A stretch of DNA of 64,000 nt from Candidatus Peribacteria bacterium (GCA_009691405.1 SICN01000003.1:108-64107); one strand, 5' to 3'. Positions 36,666 to 47,353 are shown, numbered from the stretch's first letter. Notes: generated by a model from the sequence alone, not told the origin. A program made the numbers and translations.

Positions 36666-36692
36666 ATAGCACTCTTGGCTTCAGAGTGCCAG
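36666..36692. promoter_or_regulatory. CIRCE-like inverted repeat (HrcA operator) upstream of hrcA
   Basis: The site is ATAGCACTC-N9-GAGTGCCAG, against the consensus TTAGCACTC-N9-GAGTGCTAA. It lies 11 nt upstream of the hrcA start codon. Confidence 0.65.
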
Positions 36693-36713
36693 GAATAGCC
36701 GATCAGACTTCGC

Positions 36714-37007
36714 CTACTTCTCCCCTTTCTTCGCCTTCTTCTTGATGAGCGGCTTTGCTGCACGCTTCTCTTCGATCACTTTCACCTCTTCCTGCTTCTT
36801 CTTGCTCGATTCAGCCATTTTTCGGAAGCGATCCACACGACCGGAAGCCATGAGACCCATGTACTTGCCCGTGTAGACCGGGTGGCAAGCGGAGCAGATT
36901 TCGACCTGCTGAACCTTCACCGTCGACGGAACCGCATACACCGCACTGCACGAAGTGCACGTGGTCTTTGCGTCCGGATATACCTGTGGATGGATGCCTT
37001 TTTTCAT
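36714..37007 (-). CDS. rpmE: 50S ribosomal protein L31 (Zn-ribbon type) with a Lys-rich C-terminal extension
   Basis: It begins MKKGIHP, has two CxxC pairs (CTSC, CSAC) and contains HPVYTGK. The extra tail of about 25 aa is Lys-rich (KKKQEEVK...KKKAKKGEK). Confidence 0.85.
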   Translation of the reverse strand: MKKGIHPQVYPDAKTTCTSCSAVYAVPSTVKVQQVEICSACHPVYTGKYMGLMASGRVDRFRKMAESSKKKQEEVKVIEEKRAAKPLIKKKAKKGEK

Positions 37008-37126
37008 AGCTGGGAGAGTGTAGGAGATTGGAATCGCTCCTGCAAGGGTAAAGGAAGGCAATAATATATGGAATCGCAGCGGAAGATCCACATCTTCCGC
37101 GGAGGTTACGAACCTCCGCTGCGGAT

Positions 37127-39670
37127 TCATTTTGTTTCCTCTTCAATCACCTCTCCCTCCTCTCCTTCTCCGCCTGCAACCTCATTCGGATCATGCATGA
37201 TCACGCTCACCGAAGCGACTTTGTCCCCGCCATCGAGGCGCATGACGATCACTCCCTGTGTGGCACGACTCCTTGAAGGAATATCAGAAAGCTTCATACG
37301 GATAGTCTGACCCTGCTTGCTGATACAAATAAGATCTCCGTCATCCCCTTCCTGAAGGATGGCACCTCCCACGATATCGCCAGTCTTCGCCGTAAGCTGC
37401 GCAGCCTTCACACCGCTGCCGCCGCGACCCTGCAAGCGATAGAGCGTAACAGGCGTGGACTTTCCGAGCCCGTTCTCCATGACGACTAAGAGTTCCGTCT
37501 TATCGGCTTTCGCAAATGCCGCCGCTTCCACAACTCTGTCTCCGGCACCCAAACGAATGCCGCGAACACCTGCGGCAGCTCTGCCCATGGCACGCACATC
37601 GACCTCGGGGAAGCGGATGGACTTGCCCTTCTTCGCGAGGATGAAGATCTCGTCCTTGCCACTTGTTGCCACCACCCAACGAAGTTCGTCTCCATCCGGA
37701 ACTTTCTGCGCGATCAGACCCGAACGACGAATGTTATCGAATTCACTGAGCTCCGTTCGCTTCACAGTTCCTTTGACGGTCGTCATGAAGAGGTGCGTCT
37801 TGCCTTCCAATTTTGCCTTCATCAAAGAAGCCACTTTCTCGTTTGGCTGGAGCTGCAAGAGATTCACGATCGCCTGTCCTTTGGCAACACGACTTGCCTG
37901 CGGCAATTCGTACACCGGCAATTTGAACACGCGTCCCGTGTTCGTGAAGAACAGGAGATCATCGTGGTTGCTCACATTCACGAGACACAGAATTTCGTCC
38001 TCGTCTTTCGTAGTCATTCCTTTGATGCCCTTGCCACCTCTATTCTGCGCCCTGAACTGTGCGGGGCTCAAACGCTTGATGTAGCCCTGCGCGGTGAGCG
38101 CGACGATCATCGGAGCATTCGGAATCGTGTCTTTCGCCGAGAATTCGCCGACCGCATGAGAGACAATGGTCGTACGACGTTCGTCACCGAACTTCTTGAG
38201 GATATCCGCCAGTTCCTGCTTCATGATCGCATCGACGCGCTTCTTATCCTTGAGAATCGCCTCGCACTCCTTGATGAACGCGAGTGTCGCCTTCAATTCG
38301 TCTTCGATCTTCTTTCTTTCGAGTCCCGCAAGACGACGAAGTTGCATCTCGAGGATCGCACTCGCCTGGATCTCGCTCAACTTGAACTTCTTCATGAGTC
38401 CCTGCTTCGCATCCTCCTGCGTCTGGCTCTGCTTGATGGTCTTGATCACCGCATCGATGTTATCGAGCGCAATCGTGAGTCCTTCAAGAATATGCGCTCT
38501 CTCTTTGGCGCGATCTCGATCGAAGGTCACGCGCCTCGTGATGATCGTTCGCCTGTGATCGATGAAAATCTGGAGGAAGTCGTGCAAGTTGAGAAGTCTC
38601 GGCTGGAGACCATCGGCAAGTGCGATACAGTTATAGCCAAAGCTGGTCTGCAAATCCGTATGCTTGTAGAGCTGGTTCAAAATCTTTTGAGGATAACTGT
38701 CCTTCTTGAGTTCGATGATGATACGAATGCCGTCCCTGTCGGACTCGTCCCTGATATCCGAAATGCCGACGATGACCTTGTCCGTCACGAGTTCTGCAAC
38801 ACGCGTGATAAGCACCGACTTATTCACCTGATACGGAAGCTCGCTGATTCGAATGATGTACCGATTTCCTGCCTCCTCGATATCGGCTTTTCCGCGACAG
38901 ACAACGGAACCTCTACCGGTGAGATACGCCTGCTTCAGCGCTTCTTTGTCATAGACAGCTCCCGCGGTCGGGAAGTCGGGACCCTGCACGAATTCCAAGA
39001 GATCTTCTACCGTAGCATCGGGATGATCGGTGAGGTGGAGAATTGCGGCAACGAGCTCCCGGAGGTTATGCGGCGGAATGTTCGTCGCCATACCGACCGC
39101 GATACCGACCGTACCGTTTAAGAGGAGGTTTGGGATCTTACTTGGGAGCACTGCCGGCTCTTTCCTCGTGCCATCGTAGTTCGGACGGAACTCGACGGTG
39201 TTCTTCTCGATGTCCTGGAGGAGCTCATCGGCAACCGAGTGCATCTTCGCCTCGGTGTAACGCATCGCAGCCGCGTTGTCTCCATCGATCGATCCGAAGT
39301 TTCCCTGCCCGAAAATGAGCGGGTACCGCATCGCGAAGTCTTGCGCCATTCTGACGAGCGCCTCATACACCGGGCTGTCGCCGTGCGGGTGATATTTTCC
39401 GAGCACGTCTCCAACAACCGCTGCACATTTTCTGAATTTCGATCCGGACCGGAGACCCATTTCGTGCATAGCGTAAAGAATGCGGCGATGCACAGGCTTG
39501 AGGCCATCACGCGCATCAGGAAGTGCACGCGAGACGATCACGCTCATCGCATAGGAGAGATAACTCTCTTCCATCTCCGTCACGATCTGCCGAGGGTTCA
39601 CCTGTCCAATGGGGCTCGTTTCAAGAGGAACCTCCATTTGGTCATCGTTCGGTTTGGGGGCTTTCGCCAT
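37127..39670 (-). CDS. gyrA: DNA gyrase subunit A
   Basis: It contains DGLKPVHRR, the active-site region AAMRYTE and YHPHGD (the QRDR region). The C-terminal beta-pinwheel repeats are present. Confidence 0.95.
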   Translation of the reverse strand: MAKAPKPNDDQMEVPLETSPIGQVNPRQIVTEMEESYLSYAMSVIVSRALPDARDGLKPVHRRILYAMHEMGLRSGSKFRKCAAVVGDVLGKYHPHGDSPVYEALVRMAQDFAMRYPLIFGQGNFGSIDGDNAAAMRYTEAKMHSVADELLQDIEKNTVEFRPNYDGTRKEPAVLPSKIPNLLLNGTVGIAVGMATNIPPHNLRELVAAILHLTDHPDATVEDLLEFVQGPDFPTAGAVYDKEALKQAYLTGRGSVVCRGKADIEEAGNRYIIRISELPYQVNKSVLITRVAELVTDKVIVGISDIRDESDRDGIRIIIELKKDSYPQKILNQLYKHTDLQTSFGYNCIALADGLQPRLLNLHDFLQIFIDHRRTIITRRVTFDRDRAKERAHILEGLTIALDNIDAVIKTIKQSQTQEDAKQGLMKKFKLSEIQASAILEMQLRRLAGLERKKIEDELKATLAFIKECEAILKDKKRVDAIMKQELADILKKFGDERRTTIVSHAVGEFSAKDTIPNAPMIVALTAQGYIKRLSPAQFRAQNRGGKGIKGMTTKDEDEILCLVNVSNHDDLLFFTNTGRVFKLPVYELPQASRVAKGQAIVNLLQLQPNEKVASLMKAKLEGKTHLFMTTVKGTVKRTELSEFDNIRRSGLIAQKVPDGDELRWVVATSGKDEIFILAKKGKSIRFPEVDVRAMGRAAAGVRGIRLGAGDRVVEAAAFAKADKTELLVVMENGLGKSTPVTLYRLQGRGGSGVKAAQLTAKTGDIVGGAILQEGDDGDLICISKQGQTIRMKLSDIPSRSRATQGVIVMRLDGGDKVASVSVIMHDPNEVAGGEGEEGEVIEEETK

Positions 39671-39812
39671 ACAATACGAGATAGAAAAAGAAGCCTATGC
39701 AGAGTATCAGAAACGGATGAAAATGAAAGACATTCGAATAAGTCGTTTATTCACAGCCAAAAGCCATATTTTGACAAATCAATACCTTCATTCTCTGTGC
39801 TACGATAGAGGC

Positions 39813-40487
39813 ATGCTCTCGATCGTCCCCACCCCTATTGGAAATCTTCGTGATATCACGATCCGTGCGAAAGAAACGCTCACTTCCTGCGATGCGATCA
39901 TCTGCGAAGACACACGCGTGACGGGGCAACTTCTCAAACTTTTGGAACTGCCAAAAAAAGAATTCATTTCGTTCCACGGCTACACGGACGACGGCAAAGC
40001 GGACTACATCGTCGAGCGCCTTCAGAAAGGCGAACACCTGTGTCTCGTGTCCGATGCGGGAACACCGGGGATCTCCGATCCCGGATACGTTGTCGTTTCA
40101 CGCGTGCGCGCCGCGGGGCTGCAGATCGAAGCGTTGCCGGGGCCATCGGCTTTCCTTGTTGCACTTTCCGCAAGCGGACTTGCGATCAATCAGTTTCTCT
40201 ACCTCGGATTTCTTCCACTCAAGAAAGGAAGACAGACGTTGCTGCAGACATTCAAGACGGAAGAGAGAACGATTGTGTTCTATGAATCACCACACAGAAT
40301 CCAAAAAACTCTCTCCGAACTTGCAACCGTTCTTGAAGATCAACCCGAACGTACATTGGTGATTGCACGGGAGCTCACCAAGATGCATGAGCAAATCATT
40401 CATGCAAAAATTGCCACATTGCATGAAGTGATCAAGACGATGACGGTGAAAGGAGAGTTTGTGGTGGTGATTGAGGGGACAAGATAA
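39813..40487 (+). CDS. rsmI: 16S rRNA (cytidine1402-2'-O)-methyltransferase
   Basis: It opens L.IVPTPIGNL.DIT.RA and contains CEDTR, SDAG.PGISDPG, ESPHR and ARELTK. Confidence 0.88.
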   Translation: MLSIVPTPIGNLRDITIRAKETLTSCDAIICEDTRVTGQLLKLLELPKKEFISFHGYTDDGKADYIVERLQKGEHLCLVSDAGTPGISDPGYVVVSRVRAAGLQIEALPGPSAFLVALSASGLAINQFLYLGFLPLKKGRQTLLQTFKTEERTIVFYESPHRIQKTLSELATVLEDQPERTLVIARELTKMHEQIIHAKIATLHEVIKTMTVKGEFVVVIEGTR

Positions 40488-40495
40488 TCCCATAC

Positions 40496-40606
40496 AAGTT
40501 CTCGATACGCCCTCGCTCCGCTCGCACTACTCGAACTGACACATATTCAAAACTCTGATTTGTGTCACTTCGAGTAGTGCGCTTCGAGCGCACGTATCGA
40601 GAAGTT
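40496..40606. repeat. Large imperfect inverted repeat (about 45-nt arms) between convergent rsmI and the M23 peptidase gene
   Basis: The arms share ttctcgatacg / cgtatcgagaa and gcactactcgaa.tgacaca / tgtgtca.ttcgagtagtgc. The loop is about 17 nt. The right arm reaches the peptidase stop codon. Confidence 0.65.
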
Positions 40607-42308
40607 ACGGAAGCACGCTCATCGGACTGATGTGCACGCCATTCTTCATCATTTCCAAATGCAAATGTGCACCCGTCGTCATATATCCCGCTCCGTGACT
40701 TCCCGGCTTGCCGCCGGATAGTCCGATGATCTGTCCCAAAGACACCTTGTCTCCGGCTTTCACGAACGCAGCCGAAACATGTCCATACAGCGAAGCATAG
40801 CCACCTCGATGACCCACGAGAATATAGCTGTAGCCATATGCTCCGCCATCCTTCACCGCGAAGACGATTCCCTGCGAGACCGTATGAATAGGCGTTGCCT
40901 GCGGAACGGAAATGTCGATCGCCCGATGTGCGACCCCGAACACTTTCTGGTAATCACTATCGAAGTATCCAGCGGTGATCGACCCTCGCACCGGCCATGA
41001 GAAGATCGGGGGGACATCCGAAAGATCCAGAGCCTTCTCGCCTGCTTCCAGTTCTTTCTGTTTTTCCGGAAGAGAATGATCAATCGCTGAAATTTTCTCT
41101 GCGATACCAACCAACTCTTTCGCAATCACCGTTCGCTCCTCGGTCGCTTCGAGTACCTGATGCCGAACTCTGATCATCGTCGCTGCCGCGTCGGCGGGAA
41201 CCCCTGTTTTCATGAGAGCGATTTGCTCCAAAAGACGGTCGATCTCGGATTGCTCTGCTTCATCGATCAAAAGCTGCTTGACGCGAAGTTCCGTCTCTTC
41301 GATGCGCTTGAAAATTTTGGGATCGGAGTTGCGAAGAAGCGCCGCAGCTTCCTCGGCTTCCTTCACTCTCTGCTCCAGGACGCTCATCGTTTGATCCTTG
41401 CGCTCGAAAGTCGTCACTTGCTCCAGAAGAGTGCTTCGATCAGCAGTGAGCTTCTCGATCTCGGCTTTCAGTTCCACCAGCGACGATTCTCGAAGCTCGG
41501 CATTGATGCGAAGAAGACTCGTCTGCATCTCGCTGATCTTTGCATTCGCCTCGCTTGCTTCCTCGAGCACGTGTCGAAGCTCGGTCTCATTGAGCTGCTT
41601 CCGGCGCCAACTGTCATCGATGAATGCCATCCTCGCGTCCACTGTGGCAGTAAGATGTTTATCGCGTTCCGTGAGCCCATCGACCTCGCTCGTCAAGTCA
41701 TCGAGAGCACTGAGAATGCGTTCCTGCGCTCTGTCCGCCTCGACGACAAGGACGCTAATCTGCAAAGCGAAACGCTCACGCGAGAGAAGAAGTGCCTGAT
41801 CGGCAAGTGCCGTGTCGATACTCTCACCCAAAGATCCGCGAAGCACAGTCTTAAGAATCGTTCCGCCCACAGCCGGTCCGCTCTCGCGCTCAGCAATCTG
41901 CTTTCCCGAAAGGTACCGGATGAACGCAACGACGTCGTCCTTCTGGCTTCCGGCGATCGATTCGTAGTATCCACGCGCTTCCGCCGCGGCATGAAGTTGT
42001 CCGCGGAGCGCGTCGATCAGTTGCTGTCTCTCTTCGATCTGCACTTTGTTGTCACGACGATCGACTGCAGCCTGCAAGAGATCGCGTTTGGCATCAGCAA
42101 CCTTGCTGTCGAATGCCTTCAGCGCATGTTCGAGATCCGCCTTGCGCCTCCCCGTTTCGCTCGCCGTATTCCAGAGCCTCTCGATCTGATCCTTGGTATC
42201 TGTCAGATCCTGCGTACTCGACGCACCCGATGCCGCAAGCGGCAAAGACAAAGAAGAGAGAAGAATCAACCCGAAGATTTTTTTGGTTGTGTTTGCAGAG
42301 AAAAGCAT
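40605..42308 (-). CDS. M23-family metallopeptidase with a long N-terminal coiled coil (EnvC-like architecture)
   Basis: A signal peptide and about 400 aa of heptad-rich sequence precede the C-terminal M23 domain. That domain carries HRAIDI, GY.SLYGH and GAHLHLEM. Confidence 0.8.
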   Translation of the reverse strand: MLFSANTTKKIFGLILLSSLSLPLAASGASSTQDLTDTKDQIERLWNTASETGRRKADLEHALKAFDSKVADAKRDLLQAAVDRRDNKVQIEERQQLIDALRGQLHAAAEARGYYESIAGSQKDDVVAFIRYLSGKQIAERESGPAVGGTILKTVLRGSLGESIDTALADQALLLSRERFALQISVLVVEADRAQERILSALDDLTSEVDGLTERDKHLTATVDARMAFIDDSWRRKQLNETELRHVLEEASEANAKISEMQTSLLRINAELRESSLVELKAEIEKLTADRSTLLEQVTTFERKDQTMSVLEQRVKEAEEAAALLRNSDPKIFKRIEETELRVKQLLIDEAEQSEIDRLLEQIALMKTGVPADAAATMIRVRHQVLEATEERTVIAKELVGIAEKISAIDHSLPEKQKELEAGEKALDLSDVPPIFSWPVRGSITAGYFDSDYQKVFGVAHRAIDISVPQATPIHTVSQGIVFAVKDGGAYGYSYILVGHRGGYASLYGHVSAAFVKAGDKVSLGQIIGLSGGKPGSHGAGYMTTGAHLHLEMMKNGVHISPMSVLP

Positions 42309-42354
42309 CTCACTATTATAGCATAGAAAGTGCCTCCTTTGCTATACTCCCGCC

Positions 42355-42939
42355 ATGATCTACGCCCTGACCGGTACCATTCGAAAGTTGCCGTTGCCGA
42401 ACATCGGCGTGGATATCGCAGGCGTTACGTATTTGACCTCCGTCCCCCACCCTGTGTGGGATGCAATGACGGACGGAGAACAATCGACACTGGTGGTCTT
42501 CACGTTCGTAAGGGAAGACCGACTCGAGCTGTTCGGATTCCGCACACCGGATGAGCGATCGCTCTTCACCGAACTTCTGAACATTTCCGGCATTGGGCCG
42601 AAAATCGCTCTCGAACTCTGTTCGATCCCGATGACGATGCTCAGGCGCGCCGCCGAGACCGATGACAGCGCATCACTCACGGCAATCAAAGGCATCGGCA
42701 GAAAAACAGCCGAGAAACTTTTGGTCGATCTCAAATCACTCTTCGAGAAACACCCGGAGTGGACTTCGAAGAGCGCAGATAACACGCAGGAGCGCTCTGC
42801 ATCGTTCGATGTCGATGCCATCGCGGCACTGTCGTCTCTGGGGTACGATCAGCATACGATTCTCGGTGCTCTCAAGAGATTGCCGACGACACTCAAGAAA
42901 ACAGAAGAACGCGTGGCTGCTGCTCTGCGCTCGCTGTAA
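42355..42939 (+). CDS. ruvA: Holliday junction branch migration complex subunit RuvA
   Basis: It opens MIYALTGT and has the HhH motifs L..ISGIGPK.A and IKGIGRKTAE. A C-terminal domain III is present. Confidence 0.88.
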   Translation: MIYALTGTIRKLPLPNIGVDIAGVTYLTSVPHPVWDAMTDGEQSTLVVFTFVREDRLELFGFRTPDERSLFTELLNISGIGPKIALELCSIPMTMLRRAAETDDSASLTAIKGIGRKTAEKLLVDLKSLFEKHPEWTSKSADNTQERSASFDVDAIAALSSLGYDQHTILGALKRLPTTLKKTEERVAAALRSL

Positions 42940-42973
42940 CTTTCCTGCCTTTTCTGCCTTCCATTTCGTCCTC

Positions 42974-44254
42974 ATGTTGACTCTCGACATCAAAGGCACG
43001 CTCGCGAAAGTCATCACCCCGAGCCACGGCATTCCCGATCAGGAATTTTCGGCTGTACGGACATCCATGCGACGATACACCGAAGAATGGCTTTCCGAAC
43101 GCGAGAAAGGCAAGCATGCATGGTCGATGAATCCCTACGACAAAGAGACGATCGCCGACGTGAAGAGAGTGTCGGACATGGTGAAAAGCGAGAACATCCA
43201 GACCATCGTCTGGATCGGCATCGGAGGATCGGGCTTGGGCCCCAAGGTACTCCAAGAAATTTTCGAATCTCCGACGACGCCGGCGTTTCTCGTGATCGAT
43301 ACCATCGATCCGGCGACACTCCAGACGCATCTCGACCTCATCGATTGGAAGAATGCGCTCATCGTCGTCGTCAGCAAATCCGGAAGCACGCTCGAGACGA
43401 TGTCGGCATTCTTCGCTTGCTACGAAAAATTGAAGGACGCGGTGAAAGCGAAGTCCGGATCCCGCGTGATCGCCATCACCGATCCGGAAGGAGGACCGCT
43501 GCTGGCACTTGCGAAAGCGGAACGCATGCAAACACTCGCCATTCCTCCGAATGTCGGCGGACGCTTCAGTATCTTCACTCCGGTCGGCCTTCTGGCTCTC
43601 GGCTTGCTCCACGGCGACATCGGACAATTCCTCCGCGGTGCCAAAGAGATGGACACGCACTGCCAGGAAACGACGCTCTCGAGAAACCCCGCCGCTTCGC
43701 TCGCCGCAGTGCAGTACCTCCTCGATACGCGTCGCGGTTACCCGATCCGCGTGATCATGCCTTACGGAGACCGCCTCACGTCAATGGCTCGGTGGGAGCA
43801 ACAACTCCTCGCGGAGAGCCTTGGAAAATCCGACGGATTCAACCCGATTCCGGTCGCGGCAATCGGCACGCAGGATCAGCACTCACTTTTGCAACAGTGG
43901 ATGGCGGGTCCTCGAAAATCCTGGCATCTCTTCCTCCGCGAGATCGACAAACCGCGTCTCGAAGTGCCACGCTCGGTCCCGGATACGTTCGCTTACATCG
44001 GCAACAAGACGTTCGGACAACTCCTCGATGCCTGCTACGAAGGCACGAGCCAAGCTCTCACCTCGGCGAAGCGTCCGCACGCAACCATCTCTCTCCAGCG
44101 GCTCGACGAGTACCACATCGGGCAGCTCTTCTTCCTCCTGATGACCGAGGTCGTCTACCTCGGCAAGCTCTACCGCATCGACATCTACGGTCAACCGGCA
44201 GTGGAGATCGGCAAACAGATCACGAAGGGAATACTGTCGAAAGGACAAGAGTAA
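42974..44254 (+). CDS. pgi: Glucose-6-phosphate isomerase (short bacterial/archaeal type)
   Basis: It contains IGIGGSGLGP, VVSKSGSTLET and GGRFS. The length is 426 aa from the ATG at 42974. Confidence 0.85.
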   Translation: MLTLDIKGTLAKVITPSHGIPDQEFSAVRTSMRRYTEEWLSEREKGKHAWSMNPYDKETIADVKRVSDMVKSENIQTIVWIGIGGSGLGPKVLQEIFESPTTPAFLVIDTIDPATLQTHLDLIDWKNALIVVVSKSGSTLETMSAFFACYEKLKDAVKAKSGSRVIAITDPEGGPLLALAKAERMQTLAIPPNVGGRFSIFTPVGLLALGLLHGDIGQFLRGAKEMDTHCQETTLSRNPAASLAAVQYLLDTRRGYPIRVIMPYGDRLTSMARWEQQLLAESLGKSDGFNPIPVAAIGTQDQHSLLQQWMAGPRKSWHLFLREIDKPRLEVPRSVPDTFAYIGNKTFGQLLDACYEGTSQALTSAKRPHATISLQRLDEYHIGQLFFLLMTEVVYLGKLYRIDIYGQPAVEIGKQITKGILSKGQE

Positions 44255-44329
44255 AGGAAGGAGTTCGTTCAATGATATACTTTCAACAGTCGCTACTTTG
44301 TCCTAACCCTAACCCTATCCCCAGTCCAC

Positions 44330-44650
44330 ATGGCTCTCCCCCTCTCCGACGCCGAATTCGACACCAAAGTCCTCAAGTCCCCTCTTCCCGTATTCGTCGA
44401 CTTCTGGGCTCCATGGTGCGGTCCGTGTAAGGCGATGCTCCCGATCGTCGATGCACTTGCGACCAAGTACGAGGGGAAAATCGCGTTCTACAAGATCAAT
44501 GTGGACGAAAATAACGAGGTTGCTCAGAAGTTCAGTGTCATGAGCATCCCCACCTTCATTCTGTTTAAAAACGGTGAAGCAAAAGACACGTTTATCGGCG
44601 TCAAATCCAAAGAAGACTTTTCGAGTCGTCTGGATGCGCTCCTTGCGTAA
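44330..44650 (+). CDS. trxA: Thioredoxin
   Basis: The active site is WAPWCGPCK. The length is 106 aa, with the typical V..F.KINVDEN and IPT..LFKNG. Confidence 0.92.
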   Translation: MALPLSDAEFDTKVLKSPLPVFVDFWAPWCGPCKAMLPIVDALATKYEGKIAFYKINVDENNEVAQKFSVMSIPTFILFKNGEAKDTFIGVKSKEDFSSRLDALLA

Positions 44651-44653
44651 ACC

Positions 44654-44887
44654 ATGTTCGTCAGTATCGTCAATTCCCTCATCGGCATGTCACTCGCCTT
44701 CCTTTTCATCCGTTATCGTGAAGCGATCGGCAACATGATCGGCGAACCGGACTGGGCGATCAAGATCGGCGGCATCTACAATGTGATGATTCTCCTCGGC
44801 ATCCTGATGTTCTTCTGGAGCATCGCAAGCATCACCGGCACAACCGATGTTCTCTTCTATCCGATCGTGATGTTCCTGCCGCACTGA
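44654..44887 (+). CDS. Hypothetical small membrane protein
   Basis: It is 77 aa with 2-3 hydrophobic helices and starts 4 nt after the trxA stop. I recognised no family. Confidence 0.4.
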   Translation: MFVSIVNSLIGMSLAFLFIRYREAIGNMIGEPDWAIKIGGIYNVMILLGILMFFWSIASITGTTDVLFYPIVMFLPH

Positions 44888-45363
44888 GTGACGCTGCCTC
44901 GAGGATGCGTCAATCATCGGAGGGGCGCAGGGGCATGACGAATGCGATGCACGATCAGTGGGCGATATTTCTGCGGAACGGAGCACGTTGGAAAGAAGGC
45001 AAACATCGTTTCAAAGATCTGCGGAATGTTCCGCCACAAAAAACACCTCGAAGCGAGGGTGGATTGTTTACCATGAGTGAGCCCAAGCGAAGTGAGAGCG
45101 AATCGAATGGTGGAGCATTAGTGACGAACTTCAAACTTCCTGAGCTGTGCGGCGGGGATGTGCTAGACCTCATAGATACGCTACAGGAGCTAGGATATTC
45201 TCTAAAACCGGTAATTGAGATTCTGAATAGGCCACCTGAAAAGAGGAGCGAATTGATTCTGTAATCAAGATCGTGTCAATAGAGCATTGGTGACTTCTCA
45301 AACTGTAACAAGGGCTGTGTGGGCTTTGGTTAGTTTTCAAAAAATGAACTTGCTGAAATGAGA

Positions 45364-45837
45364 CTATTCCCACAATTCTCTATGACGATATCCCATTTTT
45401 CGCATTTCTAAATATGCGGGGAGAAGTAACCGTCGCATTTCATCTCGTGCTTGTTCAAACTCTTTTGTTCCAAGTTTTCCTTGTGCACTCATTTGTCGCA
45501 ATTTTATTCCTAAACTTTCTACCTGTTCCTTGATTCCTAAATCAGTGAGGACTTGATCATAATCACGATAAAAACTTTCCTTCGAGCCATCCAAAAATCT
45601 TCCAGAATATGAAGCTAAATCTTTTTCTGTTTCTGTGACATCTCTTTGCGAATCCAAATCGAGCTTTCGATACCAATCTCGAACAGTTATCGATGGCTCA
45701 ACTTTATTTGCTTGTTTTCTCGAGATTTCTCTAAATAGGCCTCCTTCGAATTTTTGTGGAAAATTATTGAGGTCTTTGAAAGTAACTTCTTCAGGGTGAG
45801 CATCGAAATGATCCCTGTTATTTTGATCTAAGCTCAT
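45364..45837 (-). CDS. Hypothetical protein in an AT-rich islet
   Basis: It is 157 aa from the ATG at 45837. GC is markedly lower than in the flanks. I recognised no motif. Confidence 0.4.
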   Translation of the reverse strand: MSLDQNNRDHFDAHPEEVTFKDLNNFPQKFEGGLFREISRKQANKVEPSITVRDWYRKLDLDSQRDVTETEKDLASYSGRFLDGSKESFYRDYDQVLTDLGIKEQVESLGIKLRQMSAQGKLGTKEFEQARDEMRRLLLPAYLEMRKMGYRHRELWE

Positions 45838-46041
45838 ATTCCTATTATAGCATAATTTTATAGATTGTAGAAGCATTCGAATATTTTCAAACTCCACAAA
45901 AACCGCAACTGTCAGCCACATTGCCCTAAGCGACGTCGATTTTTGCAAAAATATGAAAATCCATTTTCAAACTCTCCCAAAACAGACATTAAGGCCATAA
46001 TTATCAATTAAAATGCCACTTTCAGTTTTACAGGTCACGAA

Positions 46042-46117
<76 letters not shown>

Positions 46118-46147
46118 GAACCGCGGGTCAATGTACCTGAGGATGCC

Positions 46148-47299
46148 TTACGTCACAATCTCATCAAGACGTTTCTGCTTCACAGCGCTTTGGAGCTCCA
46201 TCCCAACTCTTTCCCCGACACTCATGCTCTTGCCGTAAAGATAGCCGGAGTACGGTGTCGCAGCCGTTCCCGGAGAACCGGGAATACGGAGTGAGACGTC
46301 GAAGATGACGATGTCTTCTTTGCCATCTTCGGCGACAACTGCTCCTTGCAATGCAAACGGTCCGACAATGCCCTTCTTGCTAGGATCGAGACTCGCAGGA
46401 AGTGACTGCGTCGCTTTCACAAATTTCTCTCCGAGATCAAATGCCTTCTCGAGGATCGATTCTTTCACCGTGCACGCGATGTGTCCGGTTTCGATCATCT
46501 TGAGAGGCACAGCTTTCCCCGCAGCTATTTGCTGTTCTGCAGTCATCCGAAGAAAGCCATCAAGGTTTGTTTGCCTACGCGTGTCCGTACCGAGCAGTTC
46601 AAGCTCACCACTCAGTGGTGAGAAGAAGAAGTTGAAGTTCACGGGAGCGCCAACAACGAACTCTTCGATCGTTGCCTCACGCCAATGAGCCGAAACTTTG
46701 CCTTCTTTTTCGAGAGCTGATCCGATTGATTCGTAACTCTTCGAAGACGTTGCAATAAAAAACGCACGTTCGTATCCCCTCTTCGCTTCCGCCGCTTTCA
46801 CGAGCACCGGACGATCGATGTCTTTCGCGGATTTGAAAATTTTCGGAATGCGAATGCCTGCTTTTTTCAGAAGATCGTACTGATTGAATGGCTGATCACG
46901 CTCTTCGAGCTTGAGCAGTGTGCGTGAGCCGAAGATAGGTACAGCGAAATCGTTTTCGACTTTGGAGAAATCATCGAAATACACCCAGAAGTACCGATTA
47001 TGAACAAATATTGTGTTCATACTTTGCAGCTTCTTCTGGATCTTCGGATCGAGAATATCCTGGAAAGAATTCACGACGATTGTTTCGTCGATGCACCCGC
47101 GAATATCTTCACCTTTCCCGCGAACTTTGTAATGCTTTGCGTACGTCTGCTCCCTCCCTTTCCGCGCAACGCAGACCGTCTTAAACCCGTGCTTTTTTGC
47201 TCCATGACAGACGTCTAATGCACTGTGTCCGCCGAGCACGCCGATGGTTAGTTTTTTGATGTCATAGCTTTTGAGTAAAGACTCAATATTCATGTACAT
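46148..47299 (-). CDS. PurP-family ATP-grasp protein (divergent paralog of FAICAR synthetase)
   Basis: The N-terminus is IGVLGGHSALDVCHGAKKHGF.TVCV. The ATP-grasp core (PVLVK....RGYERAFFIA) and GPFALQ follow. It is collinear with the 47745..48797 product. Confidence 0.7.
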   Translation of the reverse strand: MYMNIESLLKSYDIKKLTIGVLGGHSALDVCHGAKKHGFKTVCVARKGREQTYAKHYKVRGKGEDIRGCIDETIVVNSFQDILDPKIQKKLQSMNTIFVHNRYFWVYFDDFSKVENDFAVPIFGSRTLLKLEERDQPFNQYDLLKKAGIRIPKIFKSAKDIDRPVLVKAAEAKRGYERAFFIATSSKSYESIGSALEKEGKVSAHWREATIEEFVVGAPVNFNFFFSPLSGELELLGTDTRRQTNLDGFLRMTAEQQIAAGKAVPLKMIETGHIACTVKESILEKAFDLGEKFVKATQSLPASLDPSKKGIVGPFALQGAVVAEDGKEDIVIFDVSLRIPGSPGTAATPYSGYLYGKSMSVGERVGMELQSAVKQKRLDEIVT

Positions 47300-47353
47300 A
47301 CATTAGCCTAAAAGACTATTTTTAGTACAGTGATCCACTGTATTTCAAAAAGA

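Noticed and set aside
44302-44320. A telomere-like CCCTAA repeat (cctaaccctaaccctatcc) upstream of trxA.
   Set aside because: Only about 2.5 units are present, inside an ordinary promoter or 5' UTR spacer of a bacterial gene. I saw no other copies, so it is most likely a chance occurrence.
44905-45264. The 119-aa ORF downstream of the small membrane protein gene.
   Set aside because: It has no motifs, and its Arg/Gly-rich start looks non-coding. It spans the left copy of the tRNA-Ala 3'-end direct repeat and a sharp GC drop, so it is probably a chance ORF across an insertion boundary.
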